NCBI GenBank assembly: GCA_049454855.1
Contig: JBMUAQ010000002.1
Location: 1 to 56,224 of the forward strand
DNA length: 56,224 bases
Reading direction: 5' to 3'
Source of the DNA: Ilumatobacteraceae bacterium
GTDB taxonomy: Bacteria > Actinomycetota > Acidimicrobiia > Acidimicrobiales > Ilumatobacteraceae
Shown here: in pieces, positions 53,162 to 56,224 of the stretch
Numbering within the stretch: the first letter of the stretch is position 1
How the letters are laid out: every line of letters starts with the position of its first letter
Translations under genes and position numbers: made by a program
Notes under the pieces: model-generated
Told to the model about the DNA's origin: nothing
What the model saw: only the letters and a program-made list of their open reading frames with translations
The model's database searches: none

Positions 53162-53767
53162 CTAGGCCCGGGCCACTGATGCACGCTGTGATTCGCGGCG
53201 GGCAGAGAGCTCCAGCCACGCCACGATGACGTTCGTCAGCAGGGCCAGCGTGGTGGTGCCGATCAGCGTGGGGCTGGCGAGCAGCACCGAGTACACCTCC
53301 CAGCTGAGCAGGCAGCCCATGCCGAGCGCGATGGAACCAGGCGACACGGCGGACGTCGAGAGCCCGCTGCGGCGCGACCGCCACGAGCGGATGATCTGCG
53401 GCGCGCGCGACAGGGTGAACGCGAACAGAGCCGGGTTCACCAGCCACAGCGGCCCCGCGGCACCTGCGGCAACAACCACGAGGAACACGCCCGCGATGCG
53501 CGGCACCACGCGACGGGCATCCTCGGTGATGGCGAGCACCACCCGCGCGTTGATCACACCGGTGGCCACGGTGCTGACGACGAGCGACGGCGAGCCGGTG
53601 CGGATGCCGTAGCCGAGCCAGGCAGCGCTGGAGCTGGTCATCAGCATCCACATCGCGAGGCTCACTCCGTGCGAATGGCCGAGCGACTTCACCCGTCTCG
53701 CCTGCGGGAGACCCTGCATCACCCCGAGAACCGCCGCGATGAACCCGAAGATCTCCGCGGCGAGCAC
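53162..53767 (-). CDS. 7-TM double PQ-loop (SWEET/MtN3-like) membrane protein
   Basis: GTG start. Two PQ motifs, each after a first helix: VMQGLPQARRV and LSRAPQIIRSW. My hydropathy reading gives a 3+1+3 TM arrangement. Ends 9 nt before the heliorhodopsin ATG. Confidence 0.7.
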   Translation of the reverse strand: MLAAEIFGFIAAVLGVMQGLPQARRVKSLGHSHGVSLAMWMLMTSSSAAWLGYGIRTGSPSLVVSTVATGVINARVVLAITEDARRVVPRIAGVFLVVVAAGAAGPLWLVNPALFAFTLSRAPQIIRSWRSRRSGLSTSAVSPGSIALGMGCLLSWEVYSVLLASPTLIGTTTLALLTNVIVAWLELSARRESQRASVARA

Positions 53768-53776
53768 GGAACGAAC

Positions 53777-54499
53777 CTAGTCGGCGATCTCCACGCGCAC
53801 GCGCTTGTTGCCCTTGCCCTTGGACTCCAGCTTGGTGACACGCAGCGAACCCACCTCGCGCGTGGAGCGCACATGGGTGCCGCCGTCGGCCTGCCTGTCG
53901 AGACCGACGATGTCGACCACGCGGATCTCGCTCACGCTCTCGGGGATGAGCGACACCTTCGTGCGGATGAGGTCCTCGTCGGTCACCGCGGTGCCCCGCG
54001 GCAGGAACGACACCTCTATCGGGTGGTCGGCCGCGATTGCCTCGGACACCAGCTGTTCCACGCGCGCCGCGAAACCCTCGGGCAGGGGGTCGAACTCGAA
54101 GTCCATGCGCGCCGACAGCGGTTCCATGTTCCCGCCCGTGACGGGCACCTTCCACTCGTTCCAGATCACCCCGCACAGAACGTGCATCGCGGTGTGCGTG
54201 CGCATCAGGCGGTGGCGACGGTCCCAGTCGATCCCGCACCGCACCGTCGCACCCGGAGCGGGTGCTGCCGAGCCGTCGGCCAGCCAGTGCACAACCTCGT
54301 CGCCGTTCTTTCGCACATCGACGACCCCTGCATCCCCGATGGTGCCGGTGTCATGGGGCTGGCCGCCGCCCGTGTAATAGAACACGGTGCGGTCGAGCAC
54401 CACCCCGGCGCGGCCGTTGTCGTCGGTGCGCACGTCGAGCACCACCGCGTCACACTCGCGCAGGTATGCGTCGCGCAGGAAGAGAAGGTCGGTGGCCAC
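53777..54499 (-). CDS. alaX: AlaX-type alanyl-tRNA editing domain protein
   Basis: GTG start. Contains YYTGGGQPHDTG, the Zn motif HTAMH, and ADGGTHV, as in AlaRS second additional domain proteins. Confidence 0.8.
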   Translation of the reverse strand: MATDLLFLRDAYLRECDAVVLDVRTDDNGRAGVVLDRTVFYYTGGGQPHDTGTIGDAGVVDVRKNGDEVVHWLADGSAAPAPGATVRCGIDWDRRHRLMRTHTAMHVLCGVIWNEWKVPVTGGNMEPLSARMDFEFDPLPEGFAARVEQLVSEAIAADHPIEVSFLPRGTAVTDEDLIRTKVSLIPESVSEIRVVDIVGLDRQADGGTHVRSTREVGSLRVTKLESKGKGNKRVRVEIAD

Positions 54500-54510
54500 G
54501 CAAGCCGCCG

Positions 54511-55185
54511 TCAGACCTGGTTCACCAGCTCGGCGACCGGGGTGACCATGCCCACGTAGAAGCTGCCGAACTCGGCGTACTCGGCCGATGCCTCGTCGAA
54601 GCGCATCGTGTACACCACTTCCTTCAGGTCATCAGGGTGCACCGCGAACAGCGTCACCCCCCACTCGAAGTCGTCGAGCCCGGCGGAGCCGGTGACCAGT
54701 TGCACCACGCGGCCGGCGAAGGTGCGGCCACTCCTGCCGTGCTCCTCCATGAGTTCCTTGCGACGCTCGAACTCGAGGGTGAACCAGTTCTGCCCCGGGT
54801 TGCGGCGCTTGCTCATGGGGTAGAAGCACCACGCATTCTTTCCGGCCGGCGGCAGCTGCGGGTACAGGCGCGCCTGGATCATGGCCTCGGGCACGCCCTG
54901 CGCGTACTCCGACACCTCGGTGAGCGACACGTACGAATCCACGATGTCGAGGCCGGCGTGCTGCACCACGGTCTGCAGCGCCTTCAGGTCGCGCATGTCG
55001 GACGACAGCGCCATCACCGCGACGTCGGCCTTGTGCCCCAGCATCGACACCGTGACCACGGTGACGCCCGCGTTCTCCGCCGACTTCACGCCGTTCACCA
55101 GCGCCTCACCGTCGAAGCGGGGGGTGGTCCTGCAGAACAGGTGCAGCACCGCCATGCCGACCGAGGGGGACATCGATTCGCTCAT
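54511..55185 (-). CDS. chdC: Chlorite-dismutase-family coproheme decarboxylase (ChdC/HemQ)
   Basis: The ATG (complement of 55183-55185) overlaps the upstream stop (ATGA). Motifs CFYPMSKRR, NWFTLEFERRKELMEEHG, FEWGVTLF, FYVG. Confidence 0.8.
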   Translation of the reverse strand: MSESMSPSVGMAVLHLFCRTTPRFDGEALVNGVKSAENAGVTVVTVSMLGHKADVAVMALSSDMRDLKALQTVVQHAGLDIVDSYVSLTEVSEYAQGVPEAMIQARLYPQLPPAGKNAWCFYPMSKRRNPGQNWFTLEFERRKELMEEHGRSGRTFAGRVVQLVTGSAGLDDFEWGVTLFAVHPDDLKEVVYTMRFDEASAEYAEFGSFYVGMVTPVAELVNQV

Positions 55186-56078
55186 GACGACCAACCTACC
55201 GACCGCGCGGCAAGCACCGCCGAGGCGAACCGCTCGGCCGCGCCCGCATCGGTGTGGAGGAACAGGGACGGCTCGGTGAGCTCCAGTTCCATCAGCACGG
55301 GGGTTCCGGCCGACCCGCGCACCACGTCGACACGCGCATACAGAGGGGCCCTGCCGAACCTCCGCGTGACGAACGACATCACCTCGTCAGCCAGCTCCAT
55401 CTCCTGGTCGTTCGCACGCCGGGACGATATGTCCTCCTCGGCATACAGGCCCTCGGCCCATCGGTTGTTGCCGTCGGAGAGAATCGCGGCCTTGCGGAAC
55501 GCGTGGCTGAACGTGCCGCCGAAGTAGAGGAGGCCGGTCTCGCCGTTGTCATCGATGAACCTCTGGTACGGCTGCACCATCACCTTCTTCCCTGCATCGA
55601 GCAACGAGGTGATGTGCGCCGCTGCACCAGACGGGTTCGCCGTGTGTCGTGCGGTGTCGTTCGAGCCGGCGCTGACCGTTGGCTTCACCACCACGTCACC
55701 CTTGATCAGGTCGTTCGCCAGCACGAGATCCTCTGCGCCGCGCACGAAAGTGGTGGGGATCACGGGGATGCCGGCCTCGGCGAGCTCGCCGAGATACGTC
55801 TTGTCGGTGTTCCAGCGCAGCACCTCCGCGCTGTTCAGCAGCGGAACCAGCGTCGACACACGGTCGATCCACGCGAGGAACTCGGGCATGCGCCGGTGGT
55901 AGTCCCACGGCGAGCGCACGATGGCCGCATCGAAGCGAGACCAGTCGACCGATGCATCGTCCCAGTCGACGATCTCGGCGGTGACACCACGGTCACCGAG
56001 TGCACGCACGGCGAGCGGCAGGTCGGTGTCGAGGTGCCGCGCCTCCGCCACGCTCACGAGCGCAACGGGACGCGGCAT
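55182..56078 (-). CDS. ATP-grasp domain protein (RimK/glutathione-synthetase-like fold)
   Basis: 298 aa. Contains WNTDKTYL, VVKPTVSAGS, VMVQPY and LMELELTEPSLF, an ATP-grasp-like pattern. Confidence 0.7.
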   Translation of the reverse strand: MPRPVALVSVAEARHLDTDLPLAVRALGDRGVTAEIVDWDDASVDWSRFDAAIVRSPWDYHRRMPEFLAWIDRVSTLVPLLNSAEVLRWNTDKTYLGELAEAGIPVIPTTFVRGAEDLVLANDLIKGDVVVKPTVSAGSNDTARHTANPSGAAAHITSLLDAGKKVMVQPYQRFIDDNGETGLLYFGGTFSHAFRKAAILSDGNNRWAEGLYAEEDISSRRANDQEMELADEVMSFVTRRFGRAPLYARVDVVRGSAGTPVLMELELTEPSLFLHTDAGAAERFASAVLAARSVGWSS

Positions 56079-56116
56079 CCCTCGTACCTGACCTGTGACG
56101 ACCCTGCGGTGGGTGA

Positions 56117-56224
56117 CTAGAAGTCGCCCATCCCGCCGTGGTCGTGACCGCCGGCAGCGGCCTCCTCCGGCTTGTCGGCGATGACGGCCTCGGTGGTGAG
56201 GAACAGCGCGGCGATCGACGCGGC
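56117..56224 (-). CDS. groEL: Chaperonin GroEL, C-terminal 35 codons only (5' part lies outside the window)
   Basis: My minus-strand translation reads [35 protein letters not shown]. This is the conserved GroEL C-terminal helix plus a GGM-type tail. Confidence 0.85.
   Translation of the reverse strand, partial: AASIAALFLTTEAVIADKPEEAAAGGHDHGGMGDF

Overview
Densely packed, high-G+C chromosomal segment that looks like Actinomycetota. I support about 63 protein-coding genes and one tRNA. I found no rRNA, CRISPR array, transposase or integrase. Many long ORFs in the supplied track are antisense or out-of-frame artefacts of the G+C bias. I trimmed several real ORFs to internal starts and added one gene missing from the track (minus strand, 1-1048). 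Five regions stand out. (1) 1-7151: a mycofactocin locus. Two nicotinoprotein-type Zn alcohol dehydrogenases lie divergent from mftA (36 aa, ends IDGMCGVY), mftB and mftC. plsY and a DedA-family gene then sit where mftD normally is, followed by mftE and mftF, all joined by 1-nt gaps or 4-nt start/stop overlaps. No mftD or mftR is in the window. (2) 52385-53767: a clear heliorhodopsin (counterion Glu in RWVEYS, Schiff-base Lys in LVAKSLLAWQ). A 7-TM, double PQ-loop (SWEET-like) membrane protein ends 9 nt upstream of it. Both lie at the end of a co-directional string groEL > ATP-grasp > chdC > alaX-like > PQ-loop > heliorhodopsin. (3) Nitrogen module: amt-glnK (50790-52353) with a GlnR-type double box upstream, convergent on the heliorhodopsin. 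glnD lies separately on the other strand in its own hypothetical-glnD-NUDIX operon. (4) Envelope string on the minus strand (26775-35607): a PDZ/Lon-like protease, a DivIVA N-terminus fused to a phage MuF-like C-terminal domain (CxxC...CRC), UPF0182, and an 854-aa surface protein with Cys-pair propeller-like repeats, an FN3 domain and a non-canonical IPQSG sorting signal. (5) Smaller oddities: a tag gene with no canonical start, whose CTG overlaps the stop of a Cys-rich mini-ORF (CTGA); a single-chain tandem TetR; and an initiator-type tRNA-Met with a strong adjacent hairpin. The rest is ordinary or accessory metabolism: sulfatase, amidase, Baeyer-Villiger monooxygenase cluster, acyl-CoA dehydrogenase and various hydrolases. 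All calls rest on my own reading of translated motifs. No database search was run.
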